DNA of 64,000 nucleotides from Podarcis pityusensis. Lineage: Eukaryota. Position numbers and translations under genes: made by a program. Below, one piece after another: positions 11,995 to 26,412 of the stretch. The notes under the pieces are model-generated. The model was not told where the DNA came from. It made no database searches and was given only the letters and a program-made list of their open reading frames with translations. The stretch lies in assembly GCA_964106645.2 (NCBI GenBank), contig OZ067052.1; one strand, given 5' to 3'. Numbering within the stretch: the first letter of the stretch is position 1; the number at the start of each line of letters is the position of its first letter.

Positions 11995-14900
11995 ATGTAG
12001 CTTAATGTTTAGCTGTATTCTGCAAGGCGGGATATAAATAATTGTAATAATACATAAATAAAATAATATCTTTCCCATTAGCGTTGATCCTTACTCAGCC
12101 TGTGGTATTTCCTGTCTCCCTTCCTCTCTCTCTGTCTCCATTTTAAGGACTTGGCTTTCAGCCTTTATTCATTCATGCAGTCAGTACACAGTTGGAATGA
12201 CATCCTAACTTCCTAGTCAGGCCATGGAATATTCTTCCTTCTTCCCATTCGCACAGAACTCTTGGCCACCTCCCTGCCTCTGCCCCCAAATAATGACAGC
12301 CCCACACTTGCTCCTATTTCAGTTGCTTGCCCATTGTCATTATCTGTCCATCAGTGCCTATATCTCAGACAAGAAGGCAAAAGTGCTGAGTTAAATATGC
12401 AGCTTCATGTTGGAGCCCAACTGACTCAGTTTTTCGCAAAGATTTTCTGCTGCTCTGAAAGATACCTGCCCCATCTTGGTGATTTCCCAGTGCACCTTGC
12501 TAAAAGCATTTGGTTTTTCATTTCCTCTGCTCTCATTTGCCCATGGTGACATCAAGATGTAATCAAATATGGTTTGCTATTGACCCTTAGGGTCCCTTCC
12601 AGATTCTAGGCTGCACTGTGACATCGTTCCATTTGCTGTGTGATCCCTGGTTAGGAATCATAACCTGTATGATTATTTCTGGAGTGAGGAAGCAACAGCA
12701 GCCAAAGGAAATGAGGTGGGGAAGTGATTGTCTGAATGATCAACGCAAATAAGAAGTGTGGAAAATGTTTCTGCACTTTCAAAATTGCTAACTTCTACCT
12801 GGAAAACTGAACCTGGAGAATAGTCAGTACAAGATTTAATTCATTGTGAAGCTGCTAAGCGAGGGAAACCACGAGAGCAGTGCTAGTGGCAACATAGAAT
12901 GTATGTTTATCTACCACTGCACTAATGTTTAACTCAAATCGTAACATTTATAGCTCTGGGTTAAGCTTCAGCATTAAAAATTGAAAGCTGAAATATTGCT
13001 TCTGCCACTTGAAGTAATAATCATTCTACTACAACAGCTACTTCTACAGCAGACGTGCCAAAAATTACAAGAAAACTCCCCATTATACAGTCAAAATTTG
13101 TTCTGGGGTAGATGCTGACTGCATTCACACTAGTCCTTAAGTTCCCTTGGGGGTTCCTCAGCTGGTGCCTCCCACCTCTCCTTTGCATCCAGCCAGTCCA
13201 TAAATGTTACTGTGGACTCAAAACCATGCTAGCATATACTGTTTGCATTCACTTGCAGGATTTCCATGCCTCATCTCGGAGAAACATGTGAATTGTGACG
13301 ATTTCTGCTAATGTTTCAATTTCTGATGGAATGCTCCAACATCCCTTTCAGCTACTGAGCTATGCTCTCTCCATGACAGGGAACCACAGCACATGCCAGA
13401 GCTGGAGCACTGATCTCACTGTAGTGATGGCTGTCGCTTGATGATGCAAGAGGACAGCAAGGCTGTCTGCCAAAACAGCAGTCTAGGCACTGACCTTAAC
13501 AGTTAGCCTAGAAAAAAAAAATGTGTTACCAGTCTATTTACCTACTCTGTAAGTCAGTGCAGCATGATCAGCATCTGAAGTAAAAAGAAACTCCCTTCCA
13601 GATTGCAAAAACCACCCTGATCACTTGCCTTACTTGCAAACAGGTAACCAACAAGACGGCTGGGGAAAGTCCTATGTAAGGTGCCATCACGTGGGAAAGA
13701 TGAAATGTTTGCAGATAGGAAGGGACAAAGGTTTACGCATCCTTAGATTTGTGTTTGTGCTGACAGCCACAGCTGGGCACATGTTACAGGGGGGCTTCTC
13801 AAGTGCTGCCGGCTTGTGGAAAGAACGTGGCTCAGTCGGTCACATTTTGGTTACGGCAAATAAAAGACTGGCCTTCTGGTGACTCAGTGGAAGTAGTGTG
13901 TTGTGCCAGAAAATCTGGGCTATTCCAAAGTTGACTCGGGATGGAAGATTTACTTTGGACACCGAGCTGTCATCTTAACACTCCACTTGCAAGACCATGC
14001 CATGGGTCTGGCTGCCAGAAAATGAAGTGGCTGCGTTCCACTTGTTAGGAAAACTACATCCCTTTCCAGGACTCAACACCTTATTTGCCACATCTGATCA
14101 ATCCTGGCTAAGGGATTCTGTTACACACACACACACATTTTGCATTAGTTCTTGACTAAAGGGTAAACAAGCTTTTGGGGCCCGTGGACACATTTTGATT
14201 TCTGAGTACCACCCCCTCTGGTCTCCTCTCTCCCCCGGATCAGCCCCCAGCCCCACGCCAGAGAGTGAAAAAGAGGAGAGAGAGAGAGCATACACTTCAC
14301 TTTCCCAAGGGAGCCATGCAATGACTGGAGGTTGATGCTATCAGTAGCTCCTAGTTATGATGATTATATGCTACCTTCAGGGGAACAGCGGCAGGAGAAG
14401 GCTATGGCCCTCACATCCTGTTTGGGGACTTCCCAAACACATCCTGTTTGGGGGCTACTGGGAGCATAGGGTGCTGAATTAAGCGGGTCTTTGATCTGAT
14501 CCAGAAGGATCTTCTTACGTAGCAGCATGACAGCACAGGAGTACATCTACCTGAACTCGTAAGTACTTTCCATTCAACTTCAGTTGCAATCGCCTTACAA
14601 AGCTTGTGAATCTTAGATTATCTGTCAGAGCAAACCGCGGGAATGTGTAGGGTTGGGAGGAAAAAATGTGTACATATACATTTATTTCCCCTCTCCTGGG
14701 GCCCCCTGAAACAAAATTCAAGCGTAGCCAGTTCCTCTGGACTGAAAAGTCCAGATTGTGTGATTCTTATCAGATATGTGATTTACTGGCAATGTACAGC
14801 ACGGGGGGGCGGGGTTGAGAGGGAGAAGTGGGGGAGGTTTCTCCAGTTGCGACAATGTTTAAAGTCTGGAGGGGCATGTCATGCGCCACCCATACGGCTC

Positions 14901-17900
14901 ACCACCACCACTCCAGATCACAGCGTCGAGCCAGGGGGTGCCCACTGCCAACGCTGTAAATGCTGCCATTAAAATGTTTGTTTTAATTCTGACCTCAGAG
15001 TCACAGCTAATAAACAAGAAAGGCAGTGGGAAATTGAAAAACAAACTCAATGCAGCTGTCGGACTGGCTGGTTCACAACAGCATTTTAACGGCGTCCTTT
15101 AATTTCAGCTTCTATGAATAGATCCCATACACAGCACGTTGCATACTGAGCAGCCAAGGAAGCCTTGTCTCCCGTCCCCCCCCAACTCACTGGTATGCTG
15201 TACGTGTCCCGTTTACAGCATTTAAAATAAATAAATAGATAGATAGATCCCTCAATCTTGTCCTCTTGTTTCCAGAAGGGCTGAACTAGCTCATGTTTGA
15301 GGAAGCCTTTAGCAAAGTGTCCTATAGCCGACCTGAACTGATTTACCTAACTATGCAGCCCTGAGAGTCTTTGTGTGGAAACCACCCTGTAGCCCTGCAT
15401 AGGGAAGTTTTTAACGTGTGATGTCCTACTGTGGTTTTATGGTTTGCTAGAAGCCGCCCAGAGTGGCTGGAGCAACCCAGTCAGATGGGCAGAAGATAAA
15501 TTATTATTATTATTGTTAATATCGTTATTATTATGACTATTTTAACTTCGTACAGTGCCCTAGACATGGCGTCACCCCAGGGCATCGTGGGGAGTTAAAA
15601 TGACAACTCTAGGACCCAGCCACCTTTTCAAAGATGACCCCAGGGCAGGCATCAGTAGTGAGCACTAACTGTACTCTTCAACATTTCACAGCGCAAAATA
15701 AGGACAGGGAATAGGCATAGCCATTCTCATAGCAAATTTAACAACATATAGGTGGGGAGGCTGTTGTAAAAAAACCACGCTATAGGAAGAGGGGCCTTTT
15801 AAGCATACCCCATAATACTTAGGGCATCGGAGGGTGTTCTATGCACTGCTCAGCAGTCCTCACAACAAACCTTTAAAGTAGGCCAGTGCTAATTATCCCC
15901 AGATTGTACTTAAGAAGGCTGAGGGGACAGCAGTTTACCTAAAGCCACTTAGTCTAGAGAAGAGGTTAGACTTGGCAGCTCATGCCCCCCCCCAACACCC
16001 TTCCTTTCCACTCCATTTCTGCATTATCAGGCATGAAAAGTTCTCCTTATATCGATGTTTTATGGACTTCACCAAAATTCACTAGAATACCTTTTTAACA
16101 AGTAGCGCCGCTGCTTTTAAGAGCCCTATTATACAGCCTATGAAAATAGCTTTGCAGGGCCTGTATAATTGCTAACAGTTAAGTGCTAATGGCATTATAT
16201 AAACAGGCTTCGAAGCGGTCTGTTCATAAATGCTACTCAGGGCAATATAAACCCTACATGAGCAAAGGAATCAGGACAGCAAAGACTTAAAAAACAAAAC
16301 AAAAAACAGGCCATGAAGAAAACGACATGGAGGGGGTGATAATCTCTATTGCATGGGTTTCATGAGTCATATCACATGCTATGATTTCCTGCACAGAAAC
16401 AAACTTTGAAATCCCACAATACACATCAGCAACCTTTGTGGTGATGTGTGTTGCTGGAACCAATGACATTTCCTCTGGGAAGCCAGTTCCCCACTCTCTG
16501 TCCAATAACCCCAACTCCCTGGAAGCAACAGTAAGGTTTGGCCACTCCAGATGCTGCTAAACTCGCAACTCCCATCAGCATGGCCAATGGCCAAGGATGA
16601 TGGCAGCTGTAGTTCAGCAACAACTGGGGGGCCAGAGGCTCTCCACATACGGCTAAGCTCTCTCTGTGTGCAAGGCTAAGAATCGGTGTGACACAGGGGT
16701 ATAGAGTGGGGTGGTACCAGGGAGGCCACGACCCCGAGCACACAATTTTTGATGGGGCGTGAATCAGGTGCCCCAGTGTGGCCCAGCCCAGTGCTCCTCT
16801 CTGGCCTCCAAGGGCCATGCTGGCTGGCTGTGGCCGCAGTTTGCTTCAGTGAGAGCGGGGTCACTCCAGTGGTGTCAGTAGCGAGGGCTGGGCTGGAGGC
16901 CTGGCACATGTGCCCACCTAGGCTGGGCGTAGGCAACCGACGCTACATCGCTGCTGTAACATCAGGAGCCAAGACACCCATCGCCATGATGTGCTCTTCG
17001 GCTGGAATATTCCAAGTGCAACGTGGCAATCTGTGCTGTAGATGTCAAATATTCTTCACCATTTGGGGGACATCTTGCTGCCGCTGCTACTCCACAGTAT
17101 ATGTACAGCATCAGAATGATCAACGTTGCTTGACATATGTAATCTCAATAAAACCTGAAGACAACTGTCTGGTAGGCCAACTGCATTGTCCCCGCAGAGC
17201 AAACTGAAGGCAGCAAGATGTTCCTCACCCTTGGATTAGGTGATGAACCCTAACCTTTGCAGCAGGTCCTAATTGATGCCACCTTAGGAAAGCCTGTCAC
17301 TTACTCAGGAACCTGTGGAACTGTAGGAAAATTCCAAAACAGATCAGGCCCAGCAGACCACATAAAACCGATGTCCTATTAAACCGCTTGTGGTGGAAAC
17401 AGACAGGACAGACACAATTACTTCAATAACTTTTGCCGTTATTAGCTCAGCAGCTTGCTCAATTCCAACCTAAATTACAATATGTCTTTTAATAATGTAC
17501 GCTCAATAATACAGGAGTCGCTTGCCCAGATCCTGGAGACCGGAGGCTAGACAAATCGCCCGTTTAGTCTAGCCTGGCCTAAGATGGAGCAATTGATTCT
17601 ACTGGATAACAATTTAATCCTTTCCCCTCCTCCTCTTGTTATCAAGATTACACACACTTAGAATTCCTGGCAGAGCGTCATGTACAACATTAAGAGCTTG
17701 GAGGCCAATTCATAAACATCTTAATCAACCAGCCTCCTATGGTGTAGGTTCCTCCCGTCTGTGACGACCTCCCAAACTGTAGTCCGAGGCGCCTTTGGTC
17801 GAGGAGAACTTGTGGATTTACATTTACAGGTCAGATGTGTTTCTATCAGGGTCACTGTAAGCATCCGTGATGTTTGTAAACTGTTTGGACCTCTTTAAAT

Positions 17901-18073
17901 AAGGGAGATGATTCAAGGCTTAATTCCGCCTAATGAAACTTTTAATAGGGAAAAAAATCCTGTGGTGTTTGGCTGTGGATCTCACATACCAGGGTGCAAA
18001 CGCACCTTTAGACTCACTGGGTGGCCTCTGGCAAAGTAAAAGTCAGCGGGTGGCAGGATCTGGACCAGCATGG

Positions 18074-18260
18074 GTTGGAATTGTTGCTGCATTCAAACTG
18101 CTGCTGAAACTCCCCAGATGACCCCAAGCCAGGAGCTCTTTCAGCCTAGCTTACGTTACAGGGCTATTGGTTTGAATTGCTGCTGCGTTTGAATAGCTGC
18201 TGAAACTCCCCGGATGACCTTGGACCAGGAGCTCCTTCAGCCTAGCTTACCTCGCAGGGT
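18074..18260. repeat. Diverged ~95-bp tandem duplication of a CORE-SINE-like fragment
   Basis: gaattg(t/c)tgctgc...gctgctgaaactcccc(a/g)gatgacc...ccaggagctc(t/c)ttcagcctagcttac...caggg occurs twice. Confidence 0.85.
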
Positions 18261-20024
18261 CATTCTAAGGACACTGGCATTATTGCTCTAATGTATTTGT
18301 AAATTGCAAGGATGGAAGACCTGCAGCTCTCCAAATTATGTTCTCCAGATGCTGCTGGACTCCCAGTTCCCATCAGCCCTAGCCAGCACAGCCAATGGTC
18401 AGGAATAATGGGAGTTGGAGTCCAACAGCATCTGGAGGGCCCAGTGTAATTTATTTTTTTTAAGTGATGAATTATTTGGTAGTGATTACTTTTTTCTAAG
18501 CCACCTTGTGCTCCAGAATTGGAGTGGAAGGGCGGGCCCAAAATCACACCAATGAATTAATTAAATGGGGTCTTCCTGTGTGTGCTGATGTGAGCTCTTG
18601 AAGGAAAGGGTAGAGAAAAATAAATTGTTGATCATCTATTTTCTAAAAGTTTGTTTTTAATCCAACACAGCGAAAACAATGCTGGATTCAGAAGTTATGA
18701 GTTACCAGTCTCTGCAGCCACAGCAGGCGCTGTGATTCTCCAGTGGTTTGACTTCACCCCCAGATGTGTCTCCTGAGACAGATGGGTGCCAACAACAATG
18801 TTTTAGATAGCAAGCCTGAGGGCAGGGAAGGTCTCATCACAGATAAATGTAACAAATGGGAGGGTGCTGATTTTTAACTTCTTTTACAAAGCTGGTTTAC
18901 ACCTCCTTAGAAAGTCTACATCCCAGTTCGAAAACTGTGGTAGGCAGAGGCAGGTGCTGGAAATGGGGCACACGAGTGCAGAAGCCCCACACAGAAATAC
19001 ATGGCAAGATCTACAAATGGTATGATTAAAACACAGCTTCCCCTTTCCCCACCACTATCTCCTGTCACAAGCAGTAAGAGCAACAGAACTCTGAGCCACA
19101 CACAGTTATTAAGGAGTTCTGACATAACAGATGGGCTGTCAAGCGTAAGTCCAACTAGCCACTGTAAGCAGGGGAAAGAGAGGACATCCATTCCGTTTTT
19201 GTTCTCTGAAATGTGATTTCATCCCAAACCTCTTCGAGGCATTTTAATTCACTTTAAAACTCATTAATTTAGGCAAGCGGAAGCTCTTGATCTTCCATGG
19301 ACCCTGTTTCACTGACCGCCATGCAGTCAATCAAAAAGTTATTACTCTTGTCGTAGGAAGGATAATAAACAAGTTATGCTGTCGGCTGGACGAGATTACA
19401 CGGACAGGATGCATTCTACCTGCCCACAAGCCTTATTCAGCTGAAAGTAGGAAGGAGAGGGGCAAAGGTGCTTTCTTTGAGGCTTTAAATATCATTTTCA
19501 GATCACTTCTCTCCCCACCCATCACCGGGGGGGGCACACTAATACTAAGAAAGAAGTCCAAGTTACATCTCCAGGTTAAGCATTAAGTGCAAAAGGATAA
19601 GTGGTGTCAAATCTATGAGAATATTTGCACAAACCTCAAGAAATAAAACAAGAGAAATCTCTGTGCGTGTGACATCTGTTCCAACTGGAATATAACGGAT
19701 GAGGAAACCTTTTATTAACCTAACTTTTCAGATACATTAATGCCCATTTCCTACAGATATTGGATGTAATTTCTTGACCCAGTGCAGATATAATGCTTCC
19801 AATATCTCAGCATGGTAAGAAGATGGACAGCAGGCTACAAAGTCATGTCTTCCTTCCCCAGTGGCAGATATGGGGAACCATATGCCGTAGGACCCCAGCT
19901 TATATCAATCCCAGTCAGTCAGGGGCCATGGGAGCTGGAGTCAGTAACATCTGGAGGGCTGCTGGTCCCCCATCCCTTACTCATAAACATAGGGAGCTGG
20001 CTTATGCAATGGGTTCATCTAGCT

Positions 20025-20160
20025 CAGGCATAGGCAAACTCAGCCCTCCAGATGTTTTGGGACTACAACTCCCATCATCCCTAGCTAACAGGACCAGTGG
20101 TCAGGGATGATGGGAATTGTAGTCTCAAAACATCTGGAGGGCCGAGTTTGCCTATGCCTG
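20025..20160. mobile_element. hAT (Charlie-like) palindromic MITE, 136 bp
   Basis: CAGGCATAGGCAAACTC...GAGTTTGCCTATGCCTG; perfect 8-bp TSD atctagct; inserted in a SINE. Confidence 0.9.
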
Positions 20161-20502
20161 ATCTAGCTCAATGTTGTCCTCACTGACTGACAGTGATTCT
20201 TCTGGGTTTTAGACAGGGGCTATTCCCAGCCCTACCTGGAGGTTCCAGCAACTGAACCTGGGGCCTTCAGCATGCAAAGCAGGGACTCTACACCTGAGCT
20301 GCATCCCTCCTCAAGGATTATATGTCTGCAACCCTACACCATGCCCATGTCTTTGGCTACTCACAAATGGAAATAGCATCTGACTTTCTTGGACTGGGAT
20401 TTCCAGCAAGACTGCATCGAGAACCACAGTAACAGAAGGCTACACCCTCACCCCCGTGTTTGTAGCAAGCAGAATATGATGAGATGAAGAGCAAACAAGT
20501 CA

Positions 20503-22011
<1,509 letters not shown>

Positions 22012-24294
22012 CAAAGTTACCTGTTTTTATACTGTCACGTTCAGACGATACTCTACACAGAAAGTAAAGACAGAAAAAATGGCACCAGGTGCAGGGAACT
22101 TGAAGCCCTGTAAACATTACTAGGTTACAAGTCCAATCTTCTCTGGCCACTGGCCATCCTGGCTAGCTGGGGCTAATGAGAGATGAAGTCTAGCAACATC
22201 TAGCAGGCTGCAGGCTTTGACCTTTCTAGCAAAGGAATCGCTTCCAACCAACCCAAACATCTTCCAATGGAGACTGAACCACGGCACCAGTTTCCTCCAC
22301 CCTTTCTCCCTAGCATGTAGTTATGAAACTAATAACGCTGGAGAGAAGTGGGGGAAACACACAACAGGGCCACATTGTGTGTTCACATGGCTCCATATTA
22401 CAGGGAGAGGAGCTAGGAGTCAATATGGTGTTGCTGCTGCTGGATAGTGACAGCCCTGCATTGCCTGTTCCTGCTCAAGGATAGCATCTCCAAGCCCACC
22501 CAACCCTTGGCACCACTGTGCTCATCAATTTCCCTCTTCCAAACGCTTGTACAACACTATAAACATGAACATGCAACATCCTCTGCCTGTGCCAACCATC
22601 TAAGGAAGAATAAGTAGCACAGAAACATTTTCCAAGGCAAATGTTTCAGAATAAAACTGGTAGCTCATCCATGGCCATTTGGTGGATAAACTCAACCAGA
22701 GACAACATACCTTGTTACTGTTGTGTACGGCAATGCAGCCAGGTAAGAGCCACCTGTGGTGCAAAGCAAGGCAAGGTGGGCAAGCCTCAGGCAATACACA
22801 ATACACAAGAAAGGTTCAGGCTGGATGCAAAGTCCAGGTTGTGTCCTGGGAAACAGAGCTCTGAAGTTGCTCCCAAAAGGAGAAAGCTAAACCTGAGGCC
22901 TTCTGTAGGAGTAAGAGCAGGTGCAGCCTGATTGTTAGCCCCACCTGTGCTGCAAGATGCTATTCTGCTTAAAGAAGCCCAGCCTCTCTACTGATCTCCT
23001 GCTGTGACAGAGCAGAGGAGCCTTGGGTCTTACTGCTACTTCTGCAGTGGAGCCTCTGAGTCAGAGGCAGACAGTGTCACATTCTCAATCTAGGATCGGT
23101 GCTGGCCCTGCAGGTTCATCTGACAGTAGCACATCTGGGACTGGCCCTGCATGCACTTGGCTCTTCTGCTTCAGAGTCCTCGCCCTCATCCCCTGACAAT
23201 GAGGAATCAAACCCCTGGGTCGTGATTCTATCGTGACTTCTGAGCGCAGAATGGCGTTTTCATTTGGGATGCTGCATAAAAGGAGGAAGGTAAGTACGGT
23301 AATAAGGCTGCCCCAAGCCATTTGCTCCCTGATGCGAAGGACAAGATGGCACCCTCTCCCTGCTTCCCTGCACAGGGACCAGTGAGACTGGCAGCTGAAT
23401 TTTACTTCCAACGCTGGTGACATGCTGCTGCAGCTGGGGCAGCAGACTAGTTTAGGGAGCTTAGGACGGACTGTGTGGCTCCGTCCACCAACAGAAATGG
23501 CTGGGGGAAATGGCTGCCCCTCAGCAACTGCCACCTGAGGCCACTGTCTTATTTTGCCTAATAGTAGGGCCAGCCCAGGTAGGTAGATAGACAGACAGAT
23601 GTTTCAAGGTATAGCAGCAACTTGATCACAACAAACCAACAGGGCCCAGTTTTGAGCTTGGCATCCCTACCACCCCTACTCCACCCCTTTTCAGTTTTCT
23701 CCTGCATTCCCCCACTCCGAAAACCCATGACCCCTTCTCTATGAAAAATGACATTTAATTAATATTATGTATTAGAACATCCCTGTTATTTGAGAGTGCA
23801 TCAAGAGAGAAAATGCCAGGACACCAGGGGTTGGACTAGATGACCGTTTGGGTCCCTTCCAACTCTTAGGTTCTATGATACCTTCAAGCTTCCATGAACT
23901 GTTGGCACAACTGTATCTTTTTTGTTGGATTCCAACATTAACAGACAGGACAATATTTGGGGCCTGGATTGAATTAGAGAGGAGAATTCATTTATTTAAT
24001 AGACAGCAGCGGGGGCTTTTTAAAGAAAAAAAATACATATTCTGTCATCGGTGGCACAGATTTGCTGGGATGTGTTTAGTCATAAGCAGATGGGATGAGT
24101 TCCCTCCTACGTTTTCACAGGACAGATATTAGACACCTTGGCTTTGAAGTCCAGACAAGTTCCTGACTTTTCATCAGATTTTTGCAACTGTCCATAATGG
24201 TCAGTCACAGACTTGCTTGGGAAGAGGAAAGGCCATTAAACGGGATCATCAAACCCAAAAAAAGGAGACGCAGTGGGCATGATGATATCAGAGA

Positions 24295-24630
24295 AACATC
24301 CAGTGAAGCTAAATGCTCAAAGATTCAGGAAAGATGAAAGAAAGTACACCTTCACGCAGCACACAGTTCAGCTATGGAACATGCTCTTGCAGGAGGGAGT
24401 GACTCCCAGCAACTCAGAGGGCTTTGAAAGATGCTTGGAGAAATTCATGGAGGGATAAGGCTATCAATGGCTTCTAGCCATGATGCCTAAGCTCTCCCTC
24501 CATAGTCAGTATTGCTTCTGAATACCAGCTGCTAGAAACCATAGGAGAGGAGAGTTGCTCTCCTGCTCAAATCCTGCTTGAAGGTTTCTCACAGGCATCT
24601 GGTTGGCCACTGGACTAGATGGGCCATTGG
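24295..24630 (+). mobile_element. CR1 LINE 3' fragment
   Basis: ORF2 end HPVKLNAQRFRKDERKYTFTQHTVQLWNMLLQEGV...FERCLEKFMEG* plus the family 3' UTR. Confidence 0.85.
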
Positions 24631-26331
24631 CTATTGGTTAACATGGCCAAGCCATGTTCAAATTCAAAGTTACTGTGCAGCAATAGATAATCCATATCGA
24701 GGTCGCTGGCCTGATTAGACCCAACGCTCTTGGACAGGACAGTCCTCAAACAGAGACCTTCAAATGTTCTTCGTATTGCATGGACACACAATCCAAGGGT
24801 GAGGGACCTTTGGCCCTCCAGATATTGCAGAAGTACCACTCCCATCAGCCCTAGGAAGCATGGGCAATGGCTAGGGGTGATGGGAGTTGTAGTTTGGCAA
24901 CATCTAGATGACCAAGGATTCTCCACACCTGTTCTAGGCCTAACTGTACATTACGTGAACAAATACATTTCTAAGAACAAGGTGGCTTCTAGAAGCTCCA
25001 AGAAAGCCCCATAACCATTTCAGGTTCTGTACATTTCCCTCAAGCTCAGATACCAGGCTGTAAAACAACACACACACTCCAAATCCAGAACTCTCTCTCT
25101 TAACAAGCCAGCCTTGTAGATGTCAGAAAAGGCAAGTAAATAAGATGATCCTCTGTGGTACAGAGAAGCCGCACTTGGGCTTCTGGAGAGATCAAGCCCT
25201 TAACATCCTTCCTTCCCCCACGGCAGCACCACCTTCTTCCGACCCCAAAGCCTTGGCCTGTCGCCGCCATCCCTGAAAGCGCATTAGAAAAACTCTTTCA
25301 GAGGCAAGGTTCATAAATCTGACCATTATCCTGCATAACGCACAGGAACGCAATATTTCCTCAGTTATATCTCCTCCGATCAAGAAAGGAGAAGCAAGTA
25401 GGCACTCAAGAAATCAACATTAAGTCTCCCTTCTGTCAAGACCCCAAAAATCACCACTTGTCTTGTCAGCTGCTCGACCTCACTTCCCCAAAGAGAGCTG
25501 ATGATTTTCAAAAGGGAACAGATTCCACCTCGAGGGCTTAAGTGAATACGCTCAGCTCCATCAACTGACTGGATTAAAGTTCAACAGAGACATTGCTAGA
25601 CAATGGAGGACACAGGTGGAACGTCCCTTTAAAACAGGAGGACAAATGATTATAAAAGACTAACATGACCTTCAGGTGTCCTGAAAAAACCCCCAAAGAA
25701 CTGAACTTGCTTGCAGTAAAGGAGACAGATTTAGAACTGTGGTACAGACACACACATTGCAAGGCATCCTGGTTTTATTCTGTGTGATTTTTGGCCTGCA
25801 TTGTGCCACAATTAATTTACCTCACATTTTTCTACCTCTTGACCATTCCCATGTATGTATTTATTTAAGAATTTCTGTGCCACCTTTCAAAACATGAGAG
25901 AGTTTTCTCAAGAGGTCTTACATTAAATATATATGAATAGGTAATTAAAATACCAAGAGGTAAAAGATCAGCAAAAATCACCTTGGATCTGCAAACCAAT
26001 ATATACAATCAAATATATAACAATAAAATGCAAATATATATGAGCAGTATTATTTTAATATCCTGACCACCTCTTCCCACAAAGACAGATTGAAAAAGGA
26101 AAGTCCAAGGCTCGCCTAAAAAAAAAATGAAGGAGTCAAACATGCATTTTGAGGGAGGGTGTTGCCAGAGACATGAAGCCAACACTAAAAAGGCCCTATT
26201 CTTTAGGCAGGGTCATCTGGCTCAGCTCCTAACTCTGAACAAGATGTTTCTAGTGTGGTGGTGCTGCCCATGGGCTGTTTACTGGCCTGTTCTATACCCC
26301 CCCCCCAATTGCCTATTGAATGGTAACAAGG

Positions 26332-26412
26332 GACTGGGATTTTCTGATAGACTGGGCCCTAGGTCACATGACTGGGATTTTCTGATAGACTGGGCCCTAG
26401 GTCACATGACTG
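26332..26412. repeat. Perfect 38-bp tandem duplication
   Basis: gactgggattttctgatagactgggccctaggtcacat x2 plus gactg. Confidence 0.95.

Noticed and set aside
1-20500. Next BCAS3 exon (expected to begin ...MLLVT.DTLGHDFHVF)
   Set aside because: No matching sequence found by eye on the minus strand; presumed to lie left of the window.
26332-26412. CRISPR-like direct repeats
   Set aside because: Only two adjacent units with no spacers, in vertebrate intron DNA.
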